Origin: an uncultured Bdellovibrionales bacterium
GTDB lineage: Bacteria; Bdellovibrionota; UBA1018; CAIPTA01
Assembly (NCBI GenBank): GCA_964551325.1
Contig: CAZKBU010000002.1
Coordinates: 269,861-333,860 of the forward strand
Direction: 5' to 3'
Length of the DNA stretch: 64,000 bases
The position numbers and the translations under genes are program-made. This document shows positions 17,366 to 27,983 of this stretch, in pieces; position 1 is the first letter of the stretch, and every line of letters starts with the position of its first letter. The notes beneath the pieces are model-generated. The model worked only from the letters and a program-made list of their open reading frames with translations. It was not told where the DNA came from and ran no database searches.

Positions 17366-18277
17366 TCAGCCAGCAAGAACTAGTCCGAACCTCAGACCGC
17401 GCACTGAGGCGGTAAGTTCCTGAAGTCCTGCGGCGCGAAGCACTTCCCGGAGAATGACAGCTCCGCCTAGAATCACATCGGCCCGCCCCTGATCCATTCC
17501 CCCGATACCGATGCGCTCCGCCCCTGTCATGGGCAGAAATCGTTCGATTAGGTCGTCGACGGCCGCGGCCGATAGTCGTGCGCCATGAACACGATCAAGA
17601 TCAAAGCGAGGCAAACCCAATGCCGAAGATGCCAGATAAGTGGCAGTTCCGGCCACACCGATCATCTGCCTTTTCCCGGCCTCTTCCAAAAGAGAACGCT
17701 TGGAGGCAAGTTCATCGACCACATACTCACGAAGTTCATCAAGTTCCACGCGAGTGGCAGGATCATGCTTCAGAAAACGCTCCGTCATTCTCACGCACCC
17801 AAGGTCGAAGGAATAACGAAAAAGCGCGCCACTCGGCTGCTGCCCCACGATCTCAGTGCTACCACCACCGATATCGAGAACTGCGTAGGCACACGGATCG
17901 TTCCCGCCCTCGGGAATACCTCCCAAAAAGCTGAAGAGAGCCTCTTGCTCGCCGGAAATCACCTCCACAGGAATTCCCCAACGCTGCCGAATCTCCGTAA
18001 AGAAATCTCCGCTGTTGCGGGCATCCCTCGAACCAGAGGTGGCCGCAGCCTTCACCTTCACGCCAGGGTATTGCTTCAAAATCTCTGCGTAATCAGCAAA
18101 GCATCGACGCGCTCGTTCCATTGCGTCCGGATGAAATGCGCGATTTTGGTCCACTCCCTGGCCAAGCCTAACAACTCGCACATGATCTTCCAGCACCCGG
18201 GCTACACGTCCATCCTTCACCTCAGCAACAAGGAGAAGGATGGTGTTGGTGCCGATGTCGATACCCGCTCGTATCAT
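17366..18277 (-). CDS. Ppx/GppA-family phosphatase (exopolyphosphatase / pppGpp phosphohydrolase)
   Basis: 303 aa. 'AGIDIGTNTILLLVAEV' phosphate-1 motif and 'AVLDIGGGSTEI' phosphate-2 motif of the ASKHA fold. Confidence 0.8.
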   Translation of the reverse strand: MIRAGIDIGTNTILLLVAEVKDGRVARVLEDHVRVVRLGQGVDQNRAFHPDAMERARRCFADYAEILKQYPGVKVKAAATSGSRDARNSGDFFTEIRQRWGIPVEVISGEQEALFSFLGGIPEGGNDPCAYAVLDIGGGSTEIVGQQPSGALFRYSFDLGCVRMTERFLKHDPATRVELDELREYVVDELASKRSLLEEAGKRQMIGVAGTATYLASSALGLPRFDLDRVHGARLSAAAVDDLIERFLPMTGAERIGIGGMDQGRADVILGGAVILREVLRAAGLQELTASVRGLRFGLVLAG

Positions 18278-20565
18278 TAGAAAAGCTTCATCTTCTTCTT
18301 CAGCGCATCGCCGATGTTTTTCACAGGATCACCGCCTTGACCGCCGCCCTCATTTTGACCACCCAGAATCTTTCCGAGCCCTTTCTGGAGAGCGTCCTTA
18401 GCGGCGGCCTTTCCTGCCGTTGATGCAAGCTTACTAACGGTGTAGCCATAGTCGGTCTTGGGTGACGTCAAAAGCCCAGTTACACGAAGCTGCAAGGAAG
18501 CTTTTCCCGCTCCTTGGCTGATTTCCTTCGGCAAAACACCTTGGGGATCCCAAAGGTCAAAGTAACTTTCTTGTTCAAGGCTTGTGCCGTCAATTTTACT
18601 TTTCCCCTTAACGTCGAAGCCCTTCCCTTTAGCGGTGAGCTCCACGGGCTCCGCTTGAATAATGCCGCCGGAGAACTTTAAGTCTGCACGGAAATTTTTG
18701 AATCCCTCATCCACATCCGGAACTTTTGCGTTCTTAAGAAACGGAACCTTTTCCAAGATGCCCTTCACAGAGTCTTTGAAGTCGGCGGTGCGAAGCGTTC
18801 CATCTTGGGCGTTCAACTTCAGAGTTCCATTCAGAGCCTTCACGCGGGAAGGCTCCGGGTAGGCAACTCCAGAAAGATTCCAGTCTCCGTTGAACTTTCC
18901 TTCCACAGTGTTTTGGTACTTGGGGAAATAAGCCACCAGCGCTTGTTTCGCCTGCACCCCACTCACCTTTCCTGTAGTTTTGAAGTCGAGCCCCTGGGAG
19001 GCCAGGGAAAAGGCCCCATTCATGGCCACGCTTCCACCAAAGCTACGAAAGGTTCCACTCTTCAGCTGGAAAACCATTCCTGGCATGAGCGCCGCATCTA
19101 CATCGATCGCCTCCAAAACGGCGCCCTTCGCGGTGAGTTTACCCAGCTTCACAGAAGCGGTTCCACTCATGGCCTTCAATACTGGATTTGCAGACATCGC
19201 AGCCATCGGATTTACCAGCACTGGCTTTGGGGCAGCGTGAGCCTCAGATATCAACTGAAGACCTGCTGTCTTCGATTCTGCCATCACCTGGTCGAGATTA
19301 AAGCTCTTCCCATTTGCTACGAGCTGAAACTTCGGCGCCTGAAAATTCATGATATTTCCCGTTATTTGCAAATCAGAATCAGGAGCAGACACTGACCCGC
19401 GCACGATTTGAAATGAATTCTCGGTGAACGAGGATTTAATCTGCAATTTCATCGGGGCCTTCAAAAACTCCTTCATGAAGACTTCACCATCTTCCACGGA
19501 AAGATCCCCCTTCACTGAAGACTTCTGGCCCTGCACCTCAACCGTGGCAATCAACTTCGCCAGCCCCTTTAAACCGTAGGCCTTCGCCAGAGGGAGGAAA
19601 TCTTCCACACCGCCGAGTTTCAGGCCATCGCTCTCCAGCTCCACTCGAGCCTTGAGTTCGGGAGCAAGAGCGACTGTTCCCTTTGCGTGAACTTTGATGT
19701 CCGCAAACGTAAGATCCGCCCTTTTTAGGAGCATGGCCTTATCGTCGCCATCAAATTCGGACCGAAATAGAAAGGCCATGTCCTTAGTCTTTCGGAAAAG
19801 ATCCTTCCCGTAAGCCACTTCCAACTTCGAAGCATCCAAAAGAATCTGCCCCTTAGCGCTCCTTAAAGCGCCACCTGAAACCACAGGTGCAATCTCAGCA
19901 TTGCCGGAAACAATTCCGTCAAACTTCATATCCTTGGCGGAGCCTTTCACTGGAGCCTCAAATTGAATATCCATCGTGCGGGCAAAACTAAGATTGCGGG
20001 CCTTGAGCTCCAATCCGTCCAAACGGTAATCGGCTTTAGTAATAAAATCTTGGTAGCTCACCTTTCCATTCTGAACCGAAAGCCCCAACGAGGCCCCTAC
20101 CAGAAATGCGGGAATCTGGGTCGTGGATGCTGGGCTGCGCTCGCCGCTGCTTGTCGCAGTAGGAGCCGCAGCAGACGACGCTGCAACCGGCACGAGCTCC
20201 ATGACGTTCAGTTTTCCGCTCGAATTTTTTTCAACGCTAACCACGGGATTGGAAAACACAGCCACCACTTCCGGACGGAAGGTGAGGATGGAGAGAAAAG
20301 GGATCTCCAGACGAAACTCCTTAGAGTCCACCAAAGGTTTTTGAAATCCGTTTACTGAAACTTTTACGCCGTCGGCTCCGACCTTCACAGCCCCCCACAA
20401 ACTGAGGGAAAGCTTTCCGATTTCCGCTTTACCGTTAATCTTCTGATTTACCGCCGCCAAAATGTCGGGGCGATACTTGTCGATGTCCACAAAAAAGGGG
20501 GCCGACATCACAAGCACCACAAACGCCAGAAAGAACCCACCGATTAGAAGCAGAACCTTTTTCAC
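18277..20565 (-). CDS. AsmA-family outer-membrane assembly protein
   Basis: 762 aa. N-terminal anchor 'MKKVLLLIGGFFLAFVVLVMSAPFFVDIDKYRPDILAAV' and a long beta-rich repeat body typical of AsmA/TamB-like proteins. Confidence 0.7.
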   Translation of the reverse strand: MKKVLLLIGGFFLAFVVLVMSAPFFVDIDKYRPDILAAVNQKINGKAEIGKLSLSLWGAVKVGADGVKVSVNGFQKPLVDSKEFRLEIPFLSILTFRPEVVAVFSNPVVSVEKNSSGKLNVMELVPVAASSAAAPTATSSGERSPASTTQIPAFLVGASLGLSVQNGKVSYQDFITKADYRLDGLELKARNLSFARTMDIQFEAPVKGSAKDMKFDGIVSGNAEIAPVVSGGALRSAKGQILLDASKLEVAYGKDLFRKTKDMAFLFRSEFDGDDKAMLLKRADLTFADIKVHAKGTVALAPELKARVELESDGLKLGGVEDFLPLAKAYGLKGLAKLIATVEVQGQKSSVKGDLSVEDGEVFMKEFLKAPMKLQIKSSFTENSFQIVRGSVSAPDSDLQITGNIMNFQAPKFQLVANGKSFNLDQVMAESKTAGLQLISEAHAAPKPVLVNPMAAMSANPVLKAMSGTASVKLGKLTAKGAVLEAIDVDAALMPGMVFQLKSGTFRSFGGSVAMNGAFSLASQGLDFKTTGKVSGVQAKQALVAYFPKYQNTVEGKFNGDWNLSGVAYPEPSRVKALNGTLKLNAQDGTLRTADFKDSVKGILEKVPFLKNAKVPDVDEGFKNFRADLKFSGGIIQAEPVELTAKGKGFDVKGKSKIDGTSLEQESYFDLWDPQGVLPKEISQGAGKASLQLRVTGLLTSPKTDYGYTVSKLASTAGKAAAKDALQKGLGKILGGQNEGGGQGGDPVKNIGDALKKKMKLF

Positions 20566-22034
20566 TGTTTTTCTCCTTTAAGGAAGGCCAAAACGATCTC
20601 GTTCACCATTCCAGGGTTTGCCTTTCCCTGGGTTTCTTTCATCACTTGCCCTACGAAGAACCCGAAAAGTTTCTCTTTTCCGGCACGGTATTCCTCCACG
20701 TTTTTGGGACTGGAGGCCATCACCTTTCTTACGGCATTTTCAATGAGGTCAGGGGATGAAATCTGAATCAGCCCCTTTTCCTTCACGATGTCGGACGGAG
20801 ACTTTCCTGAGGTACTCATATCCTCAAATACTGTCTTGGCGATTTTAGAGCTGATTTCCCCTGACTTGATCAGTTTAACCAGACTTCCGATATGCTCAGC
20901 TGGAAACGGACAATCCTCGATTTCTTTGTCCTGATCCTTCAGAACCCGCAGCACTTCGGTCATGAGCCAGTTTGACACCAGCTTGGCCTCACCGCCGGAA
21001 ACGGCCACTGCCTTCTCGTAATATTCCGCCAAAGCCTTCTGGGAGGTAATCACCTTAGCGTCATATTCAGGGATCTCAAATTCCTTCACAAAGCGAGTGG
21101 CCTTGGCGTCGGGCAACTCCGGCAACTTGCCGCGAATATCCTCAATCCAGCTCGATGCGAGCACCAACGGTGGAAGATCCGGCTCCGGAAAGTAACGATA
21201 GTCGTGAGCTTCTTCCTTGGACCTCATACTCACGGTTACGTTTCGGGCAGAATCGTAGAGTCGGGTTTCCTGAACAACCTTTCCACCGCTTTGCACGAGC
21301 GCCACCTGCCGATTGATCTCATACTCGATGGCCTTTTCAAGAAAACGGAAAGAGTTCACGTTCTTGATTTCCGCGCGAGTACCGAACTGAGTACTTCCCT
21401 GGAGTCGCACGGAAACGTTGGCGTCGCAGCGAAGATTTCCTTCCTGCATGTTTCCGTCACAGACACCGATATATTGAAGAATGGCTCGCAATTTCTTCAG
21501 ATACGCACTCGCTTCGGCAGGGCTTCGGAAATCAGGCTCCGAAACGATCTCAATCAGAGGGGTTCCGGCCCGATTGAGATCCACAAGAGAAAATCCAGCC
21601 ATGTGCTGACTTTTCCCTGCGTCCTCTTCGATATGGATTCGAGTGATGCCTACTACTTTCGATTCGCGCTCACCTGGAAAGTTTTCAAACTCGATTTCCA
21701 TCCGTCCTTTTTCACAGATCGGCTTGTCGAACTGGGAAATCTGATACCCCTTCGGAAGATCTGGATAGAAGTAATTCTTTCGCGAAAACACGCTCAGGGG
21801 ATTTACCCTGCACTCCGTGGCCAACCCTGCCTTGATAGCAAACTCCACGGCCTTCCGATTCAACACGGGCAATGCGCCCGGCTGAGCGGTAGTTACCGGG
21901 TCGATGTTTCTATTCGGTGGGCGATGGAAGTCGTTCGGAGAAACTGCAAAGAGCTTCGACTCCGTGGCCAACTGTGCGTGAACTTCGAGTCCAATTACGA
22001 CCTCGTAGCCGTTGTAAATGGGAACTCTCATCAT
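20562..22034 (-). CDS. gatB: Asp-tRNA(Asn)/Glu-tRNA(Gln) amidotransferase subunit B
   Basis: Trimmed to the ATGATGA overlap with the gatA stop (the ORF-track N-terminal 88 aa are Gly/Arg-rich read-through). 'GLEVHAQL', 'YQISQFDKPI' and the C-terminal YqeY-like tail. Confidence 0.9.
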   Translation of the reverse strand: MMRVPIYNGYEVVIGLEVHAQLATESKLFAVSPNDFHRPPNRNIDPVTTAQPGALPVLNRKAVEFAIKAGLATECRVNPLSVFSRKNYFYPDLPKGYQISQFDKPICEKGRMEIEFENFPGERESKVVGITRIHIEEDAGKSQHMAGFSLVDLNRAGTPLIEIVSEPDFRSPAEASAYLKKLRAILQYIGVCDGNMQEGNLRCDANVSVRLQGSTQFGTRAEIKNVNSFRFLEKAIEYEINRQVALVQSGGKVVQETRLYDSARNVTVSMRSKEEAHDYRYFPEPDLPPLVLASSWIEDIRGKLPELPDAKATRFVKEFEIPEYDAKVITSQKALAEYYEKAVAVSGGEAKLVSNWLMTEVLRVLKDQDKEIEDCPFPAEHIGSLVKLIKSGEISSKIAKTVFEDMSTSGKSPSDIVKEKGLIQISSPDLIENAVRKVMASSPKNVEEYRAGKEKLFGFFVGQVMKETQGKANPGMVNEIVLAFLKGEKQ

Positions 22035-23509
22035 GCCCCCCCTCTTTCGTCGTGGAGAAACTCTAGAGCCGCCACCGCCTCCAGCAAACGCTGTTCGGAA
22101 AATGCGGGGCCGATCAGTTGGAGTCCGATCGGAAGACCGCCCTTGCCCACGCCCCAGGGCATGCTCACGGCGGGAATTCCGGCCAGATTGACCGGAACAG
22201 TGAAAATGTCGTTGAGGTACATCGTAAGCGGATCCGATACTTTGGCCCCGCGCTGAAAACTCACCGTCGGGGTTGTGGGACCCGCTATCACGTCGCAACT
22301 CTTAAATGCCTCGTTGAAATCCCGCTGAACCAGCGCTCTCACCTGACAGGCTTGCTTGTAATATGCGTCATAGTAACCGCTCGAAAGAGCGAAAGTACCG
22401 AGCAGAATCCGTCGCTTGACCTCGGCCCCAAACAGTTCACCTCGGGTGTGCTCATACATTTCTTCCAAGGTGGTTTCATTGCCCTTCGGCATCACCCGAG
22501 GACCAAACCGCACACCATCATAGCGGGCAAGATTGGCGCTTGCTTCGCTCACGGCTACCACATAATAGACGGCGAGCGCGTACTTCGCATGAGGCAAACT
22601 CACGGGAACAATCTTCGCACCAGCCTTCTTCATGGCCTCAATAGAACCCTCAATCTCCGCTCGAACCTCAGGCTCCATGCCGTCTACAAAAAACTCTTTC
22701 GGCACGCCAACACGAAGGCCTTCCATGAATTCTTTCCGCCTTCCGCTCTCGGAACGAATTCTCTCCACGGCCAAACCGTATTTCGGGACATCCGCACGAA
22801 AGGAAGTGGAGTCGTTCTCGTCGAAACCGGAAATCACTTCCAATAGATCCGCGCAATCCTGAGCATCAAGCGCAAGAGGACCGATCTGATCCAGGCTGGA
22901 GGCGAAGGCCACCAAACCGTATCGGCTCACACGGCCGTAAGTAGGTTTCAAGCCCACAACTCCGCAAAAACTCGCAGGTTGTCGCACAGATCCACCCGTA
23001 TCGCTTCCCAGCGCAGTAACAGCAAGTTGCCCAGCCACTGCCGCCGCGCTACCGCCCGAACTGCCGCCAGGCACTCGTGAGTGATCTTGAGGTAGTTTTA
23101 CCGGACCAAATGCGGAGTTCTCATTGGAAGAGCCCATGGCAAACTCGTCCATATTGAGTTTGCCAAGAAACACCGCTCCCGCCTTTTCCAACTTCTTCAC
23201 AACCGTGGAGGAATAAGGCGGCACATAGTTCGACAAAATCTTCGATCCGCAAGTCGTCCGCACACCTGCTGTAACCAGATTGTCTTTGAGACCATGAGGA
23301 ATGCCAGAGACGCGGCTCCTTGAGCCGTGCCGATCGTGCAATTCCGCCGAAGCTAACGCCTCTTTCTCCATGGAGAGAAGAAAAGAATTCGTTTGATCCT
23401 TTTTGATTCGATCCAAGTACTCGGTGGCAAGGCCCACAGCAGAGACCTTTTTGGCCTCCAACATGGCTCGAAGTTCCCATCCCTTTTTGAACTGGTGGCG
23501 CGGAAACAT
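22031..23509 (-). CDS. gatA: Glutamyl-tRNA(Gln) amidotransferase subunit A
   Basis: 492 aa. Amidase signature 'GGSSGGSAAAVA' and the Ser-cisSer-Lys triad context. Confidence 0.9.
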   Translation of the reverse strand: MFPRHQFKKGWELRAMLEAKKVSAVGLATEYLDRIKKDQTNSFLLSMEKEALASAELHDRHGSRSRVSGIPHGLKDNLVTAGVRTTCGSKILSNYVPPYSSTVVKKLEKAGAVFLGKLNMDEFAMGSSNENSAFGPVKLPQDHSRVPGGSSGGSAAAVAGQLAVTALGSDTGGSVRQPASFCGVVGLKPTYGRVSRYGLVAFASSLDQIGPLALDAQDCADLLEVISGFDENDSTSFRADVPKYGLAVERIRSESGRRKEFMEGLRVGVPKEFFVDGMEPEVRAEIEGSIEAMKKAGAKIVPVSLPHAKYALAVYYVVAVSEASANLARYDGVRFGPRVMPKGNETTLEEMYEHTRGELFGAEVKRRILLGTFALSSGYYDAYYKQACQVRALVQRDFNEAFKSCDVIAGPTTPTVSFQRGAKVSDPLTMYLNDIFTVPVNLAGIPAVSMPWGVGKGGLPIGLQLIGPAFSEQRLLEAVAALEFLHDERGGA

Positions 23510-23510
23510 C

Positions 23511-23813
23511 TCAGGCCTCCCCTATCACTTGCGGAACTTTGAATTGCTCGTAAAGCGTTTGATCAGAGCAGGCCAAAAACTTCTTCACTTCATCTTCCGA
23601 AATTGGATGCGCCACATCTTCACGGTAGTGGGTAGGCAGGGGCACGCCATGAATCATCGGCTCTACTCCGGAGGTATTCACCTCTTTTAGCTGCGCCACA
23701 TAATCGAGCACTGCCGATAGATCCTTGGTGTATTTGGTGACTTCGTCTTCAGAAATTTTGAGACGAGCCAACTTTGCGATTTTTCTAGTGACGTCGGAAT
23801 TGATCACACTCAT
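23511..23813 (-). CDS. gatC: Glutamyl-tRNA(Gln) amidotransferase subunit C
   Basis: 100 aa. 'VTRKIAKLARLKISEDEVTKYTKDLSAVLDYVAQL'. Ends 2 nt before the gatA start. Confidence 0.85.
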   Translation of the reverse strand: MSVINSDVTRKIAKLARLKISEDEVTKYTKDLSAVLDYVAQLKEVNTSGVEPMIHGVPLPTHYREDVAHPISEDEVKKFLACSDQTLYEQFKVPQVIGEA

Positions 23814-23890
23814 AGAGCCTCACTGGGAAGAGAAAAGAATAGCGGTTTAGACTCAATCTGAAAACGGTTTCGTGCCCTTGACGAAAGAAC

Positions 23891-26191
23891 CTAGAGGAGC
23901 TCGAGCTCCACATGCTTCAGTGAGAACTTCTTCACCTGGCGCCCGGAAAACTCGATCGTGACCTTTCGATCCGTTTCCGCCCCCTCCAGCAATCGCACCG
24001 TGCCTACGCCGTAATTGGCATGCTTAACGCGCTGCCCCACTTTAATGGCTCCACCGCCTCCAACCTGCGGCACCGCCTTCACCTGCCAGGACGGCGCGGC
24101 AGACTCGGAATAATCGTAGGTTCTTTGAACCGTTGGTTCGGTGTAGCGGGAGCTTCGACTCCAGGCATCAGCCATGGAGATCTCCCCACGCATTACCTCT
24201 GTCTCCAGGAACTCCTTCGGGATCTCAGCGAGGAACCTACTCGGGGCAGCCACCTGAACCTGTCCGTAAATTCTCCGCACCTGAGCACTCGTGAGGGTAA
24301 GACTTTGCTTGGCCCTAGTGATGCCCACATAACAAAGCCTACGTTCTTCCTCGATTTCGAGCGGGTCCCACTCAGACTCCACCACGCTTTGCCGCGACGG
24401 GAAAATCCCCTCTTCACACCCGATCAGGTAAACCACAGGGAATTCGAGCCCCTTCGACGAATGAAGAGTCATTAGAGAAACCGCTCCGGTTTCCTCCTGC
24501 TGATCCAGCAAAGACGCCTCAAGGGTGACTTGCCCCAAAAACGCACTCAATAACTCATGCCCTGGCGCCAAACCACGGCTCTTCGCCTCTTCCTCAAAAA
24601 ATTTGATTACTGTATCAAATTCCTGAAGGTTATCGATCCGCGCCTTCGACTCCTCTGAATTTTCCGCCTTCAGTTCTTCCACATATCCGGAGGCATCTAA
24701 AAAACGGTGAAAAATGTCACTTACCCATTCGCGAGTGGCCGTATCCCGAAGACCTTCCACAAGTTGAAAAAATGGTACCAACTTCTTAACTACGGACGGC
24801 CCAACCGATCCCTCTCGGCATGCCAGACCGATGGCCTGCCAGAGTGAAATTTTTCTCTCCCGAGCCAACTCCTCCAGTTTTTCAATGGTCGTGTTCCCTA
24901 TTCCGCGCGCTGGCACGTTGATAATGCGTGCGAGGCTCACGGAATCGTCGGGATTCACAAGTACCCGCAGGTAGGCCAAGGAGTCCTTAATTTCTTTCCG
25001 TTCATAGAAACCCACGCCGCCCACAATCCGGTAGGGTACCTTCAGTCTCCGCAAAGCTTCTTCCAGCGCACGGCTCTGGGCATGGCTTCGATAAAACACG
25101 GCCACATCCGTAGGGGCCAACCCTTTAGAGAGATGCTTTTGAATCCCCTTCGTTACATATTCGGCTTCAGCTCTCTCCTCGGGCATACTCACCCATCGAA
25201 TCTTCTCTCCCTCCCCATTGGAGGTCCAAAGAGTCTTATCGTAGCGCGACTCGTTGTTCCGAATAACGGCGCTAGCAGCGGATATGATTGTTTTAGTGGA
25301 GCGGTAGTTTTGCTCAAGTTTTACGATTCTCGCTTCCGGGTAATCGCGCTGAAAGTCGAGGATATTGCGGATGTCGGCACCTCTCCATTTGTAAATGCTC
25401 TGATCCTCGTCGCCTACAACGCAGAGATTCCGGTACTTGGCGCTCAAAAGACGGACCAAAAGGTATTGGGCACGATTCGTGTCTTGATACTCATCTACCA
25501 TCAGGTAGCGAAATCGATCCTGGTATCGCTCAAGCACATCCTTGCGCTCCTGAAACAATTGCACCACCCTCACGATCAAATCGCCAAAATCAAAGGCGCA
25601 ACTCTCTCGCAGCATCTCTTGATAACGTCGGTAGACACGAGGAAGCATTTCACCGAACGGGCCGGCAAACTCACCCTTCACTAAATCATCTGGTCCAACT
25701 GCCTGACATTTTGCAGCATTGATTGCGCCCTGAAATCTTTTGGCACTGAAACTCTTGGGATCGATATTCAGCTCGTCAAGAATCTTCTTGAGTAACGAGA
25801 GCTGATCACCGTCATCGTAGATTACAAACGGACGGGCCAGCCCAAGAAGGTCCGCTTCCTGTCGAAGAACCTTCACGCAAAAGGAGTGAAAGGTGCTCAC
25901 TTCCGGCGTGTGCTGTGAAAACCCCATCCAAGGCTGAGCCCAATGACCGGACTGAATCCGCAGCTGCGAAAGCAGGGAGCTCACACGGTGTTTCATTTCA
26001 CCGGCCGCTTTATTGGTGAATGTCACCGCGAGAATCTGACTCGCCGGAACACCTTCCTGCATCAGGTGCGCAATCCGGGAGATCAACATTTTGGTTTTTC
26101 CCGATCCGGCTCCCGCAAGCACGATCACCGGTCCCTGCGTGGCCACAGCCGCCTCGCGCTGCCTTTCATTTAGATCGGAAAGAAGATCCAT
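23891..26191 (-). CDS. pcrA: ATP-dependent DNA helicase, UvrD/PcrA/Rep family
   Basis: 766 aa. 'LAGAGSGKTKMLISR' Walker A, 'VDEYQDTN' helicase motif II, C-terminal Tudor-like 'GQRVKHANYGVGTV'. Confidence 0.9.
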   Translation of the reverse strand: MDLLSDLNERQREAAVATQGPVIVLAGAGSGKTKMLISRIAHLMQEGVPASQILAVTFTNKAAGEMKHRVSSLLSQLRIQSGHWAQPWMGFSQHTPEVSTFHSFCVKVLRQEADLLGLARPFVIYDDGDQLSLLKKILDELNIDPKSFSAKRFQGAINAAKCQAVGPDDLVKGEFAGPFGEMLPRVYRRYQEMLRESCAFDFGDLIVRVVQLFQERKDVLERYQDRFRYLMVDEYQDTNRAQYLLVRLLSAKYRNLCVVGDEDQSIYKWRGADIRNILDFQRDYPEARIVKLEQNYRSTKTIISAASAVIRNNESRYDKTLWTSNGEGEKIRWVSMPEERAEAEYVTKGIQKHLSKGLAPTDVAVFYRSHAQSRALEEALRRLKVPYRIVGGVGFYERKEIKDSLAYLRVLVNPDDSVSLARIINVPARGIGNTTIEKLEELARERKISLWQAIGLACREGSVGPSVVKKLVPFFQLVEGLRDTATREWVSDIFHRFLDASGYVEELKAENSEESKARIDNLQEFDTVIKFFEEEAKSRGLAPGHELLSAFLGQVTLEASLLDQQEETGAVSLMTLHSSKGLEFPVVYLIGCEEGIFPSRQSVVESEWDPLEIEEERRLCYVGITRAKQSLTLTSAQVRRIYGQVQVAAPSRFLAEIPKEFLETEVMRGEISMADAWSRSSRYTEPTVQRTYDYSESAAPSWQVKAVPQVGGGGAIKVGQRVKHANYGVGTVRLLEGAETDRKVTIEFSGRQVKKFSLKHVELELL

Positions 26192-26201
26192 CGCCGGAAA
26201 A

Positions 26202-27983
26202 TTACCTGCGGAACGCCTTCTTCACAACCTCTTTGTTGTAGAGATTTTCAAGATCCGAGCGAAGCAAAATACCTTGATAAAATCCTCGGTCGTCGATTAC
26301 GGGCACGACCTCTTCATCACTCATCTTTGTTAAGGCAGTTTCTAGACTCATGTCCGAATTTACGGCACCTGTCGCAGGGCGCATCAGCTCTTCCACCCCT
26401 ACCAAGCTATGCACTTGCGAATCATCACCCAGGCGCCGCCAGGTATCGAGCCCGAAGAAATCGCCCAACGCCACCATACCGAGAAGTTTTCCCTCTTGAT
26501 CTACCACCGGAAGCTTCAGATAGCGCGAATCCATCAACGTTTTGTAGGCATCACCCAAAGAGGAACTCTTGGGCACTGGATGAACGTGAGTGTGCATCGC
26601 ATCCCTCACGTTGATCGCAGAAAGAGTGTTGAAACACATGCCATTTCGGAAACGGATCCCGTGACGATAAAGACCCATCGTGGGCATACGATCCTTCACC
26701 AACACTCCCGCCAACCAATGTGCTGAGAAGTTGGCCGCCAAACTAAGCAGCAAAAATCCCGCATTTCCGTTCACCGCTCCATCGCTCCATCCGAAAACCA
26801 AAGCGGTGGCCGCAACCGGCGTGCCCATGGCCGAGGAAAATACAGCTCCCACGAAAAAAAGAACGAATGTGGCGCCCCCGAGACCTAACCAAGGATCCAC
26901 AAACCCATGGAGCAACGCACCTGCGAGTCCCGCCGTTACCAAAACGGGAAAAATAATGCCCATCGTGCCAAGCGCCCCGTAAGATACTGATCCGATTACC
27001 AAGCGAAGAACCAACGCTAAAGCCACAAAGCGGAGGGCCATCCCACCTTCTAAGGTTTGCTCTAAAAGAGTGATCCCCCCCTGTTCCAGAAGAAGCGGAA
27101 TTTTTAAAAACACCACGCCCGTAAGTAAGGCCCAAAAACCTAAGCGAAGCGCCACAGCCATGGGCGACAAGTCAGTGGACCTTCGAGTGCTGAATAGATT
27201 GTGGAACTCAGCGTCTGTTCGGCGATGACACCAAACCAAGAGATTTGCCAACACAGCGGCCAAGGGAACAACAACCAAAAATGCAGCAACACCACGGATT
27301 GGATCCACATCCGAAACTTCACCAGCAAAGAGAAGCGACAGTCCGTAGTCGGGACCAGTGATCATCCCCAGCACTCCGCCAGGTTGAGAAAGCGATGCAC
27401 TCACACTGGCTGATACGAAGGCCGTAACCGCATAAATTCCCACCGGGAATGAACGACTCCCCCAACCGTAGAGAAGCTCCACAACAAGAAGAAAAGCCGC
27501 CAGCGGTTGTCCGAGGAGTGCCGCTATCGCCGCAGCTGCTCCGGCTGCCGTGAGGGTTCGGATCTGATTAGCGGAAAGACGGGCTCTGGATCCAACCCAA
27601 GATGCGAGCGACGAGAAAAACTCCACTCCGAAAGCCTCTAACCCAACTATGCCGCCACCGAAAATCATCGCTAGTGCCGCCAGACCATGGGCAAACGAGT
27701 ATCGGAGCTTTCGCCGCCCGTCCTGAAAGTGGAGATCCGAAAAGAAATAGGTAAAGCCATCGGCTGAACGATAGGCGCGAAATAGAGCGATCACCCCAAA
27801 TGCAACCCCCGCACCGATCCAAGGAAGCACGAGTGCCCATGCGGTAGCCCCTAGGCGCCAGGATCCTTCCAGCGCATGCTCACGAAGGAATCCGGAGAAC
27901 TGCTGCAAAAAATAAAACATGAGCGGCGTGATGGTCCCCGCCAGCGCACCAACCAATGCAGCAAGCACCCAAATCCGCATCAC
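26202..27983 (-). CDS. ClC-family chloride channel/transporter with tandem C-terminal CBS domains
   Basis: 593 aa. 'GAEGP'-like selectivity region variants ('GGGIVGLEA', 'GIFAPSL'-type). C-terminal CBS pair ('LKLPVVDQEGKLLGMV', 'VPVIDDRGFYQGIL'). Confidence 0.8.
   Translation of the reverse strand: MMRIWVLAALVGALAGTITPLMFYFLQQFSGFLREHALEGSWRLGATAWALVLPWIGAGVAFGVIALFRAYRSADGFTYFFSDLHFQDGRRKLRYSFAHGLAALAMIFGGGIVGLEAFGVEFFSSLASWVGSRARLSANQIRTLTAAGAAAAIAALLGQPLAAFLLVVELLYGWGSRSFPVGIYAVTAFVSASVSASLSQPGGVLGMITGPDYGLSLLFAGEVSDVDPIRGVAAFLVVVPLAAVLANLLVWCHRRTDAEFHNLFSTRRSTDLSPMAVALRLGFWALLTGVVFLKIPLLLEQGGITLLEQTLEGGMALRFVALALVLRLVIGSVSYGALGTMGIIFPVLVTAGLAGALLHGFVDPWLGLGGATFVLFFVGAVFSSAMGTPVAATALVFGWSDGAVNGNAGFLLLSLAANFSAHWLAGVLVKDRMPTMGLYRHGIRFRNGMCFNTLSAINVRDAMHTHVHPVPKSSSLGDAYKTLMDSRYLKLPVVDQEGKLLGMVALGDFFGLDTWRRLGDDSQVHSLVGVEELMRPATGAVNSDMSLETALTKMSDEEVVPVIDDRGFYQGILLRSDLENLYNKEVVKKAFRR

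Noticed and set aside
17585-18280. 231-aa plus-strand ORF
   Set aside because: It is antisense to the Ppx/GppA gene. Similar antisense ORFs (18805..19395, 25082..25684, 30470..31009, 31892..32536, 51672..52184, 52877..53374, 55738..56220, 59219..59845, 62634..63422) were rejected for the same reason.
22035-22298. 88-aa N-terminal extension of the gatB ORF-track entry
   Set aside because: The extension is Gly/Arg-rich read-through overlapping gatA. The real start is the ATGATGA overlap at 22034 with an AAGAGG RBS, giving a normal-length GatB.
21204-22846. Long plus-strand ORFs (350 aa and 242 aa) inside gatB/gatA
   Set aside because: They are antisense to genes with unmistakable GatB/GatA motifs. 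Their translations are low-complexity and Arg/Ser/Gly-rich, typical of GC-rich antisense frames.
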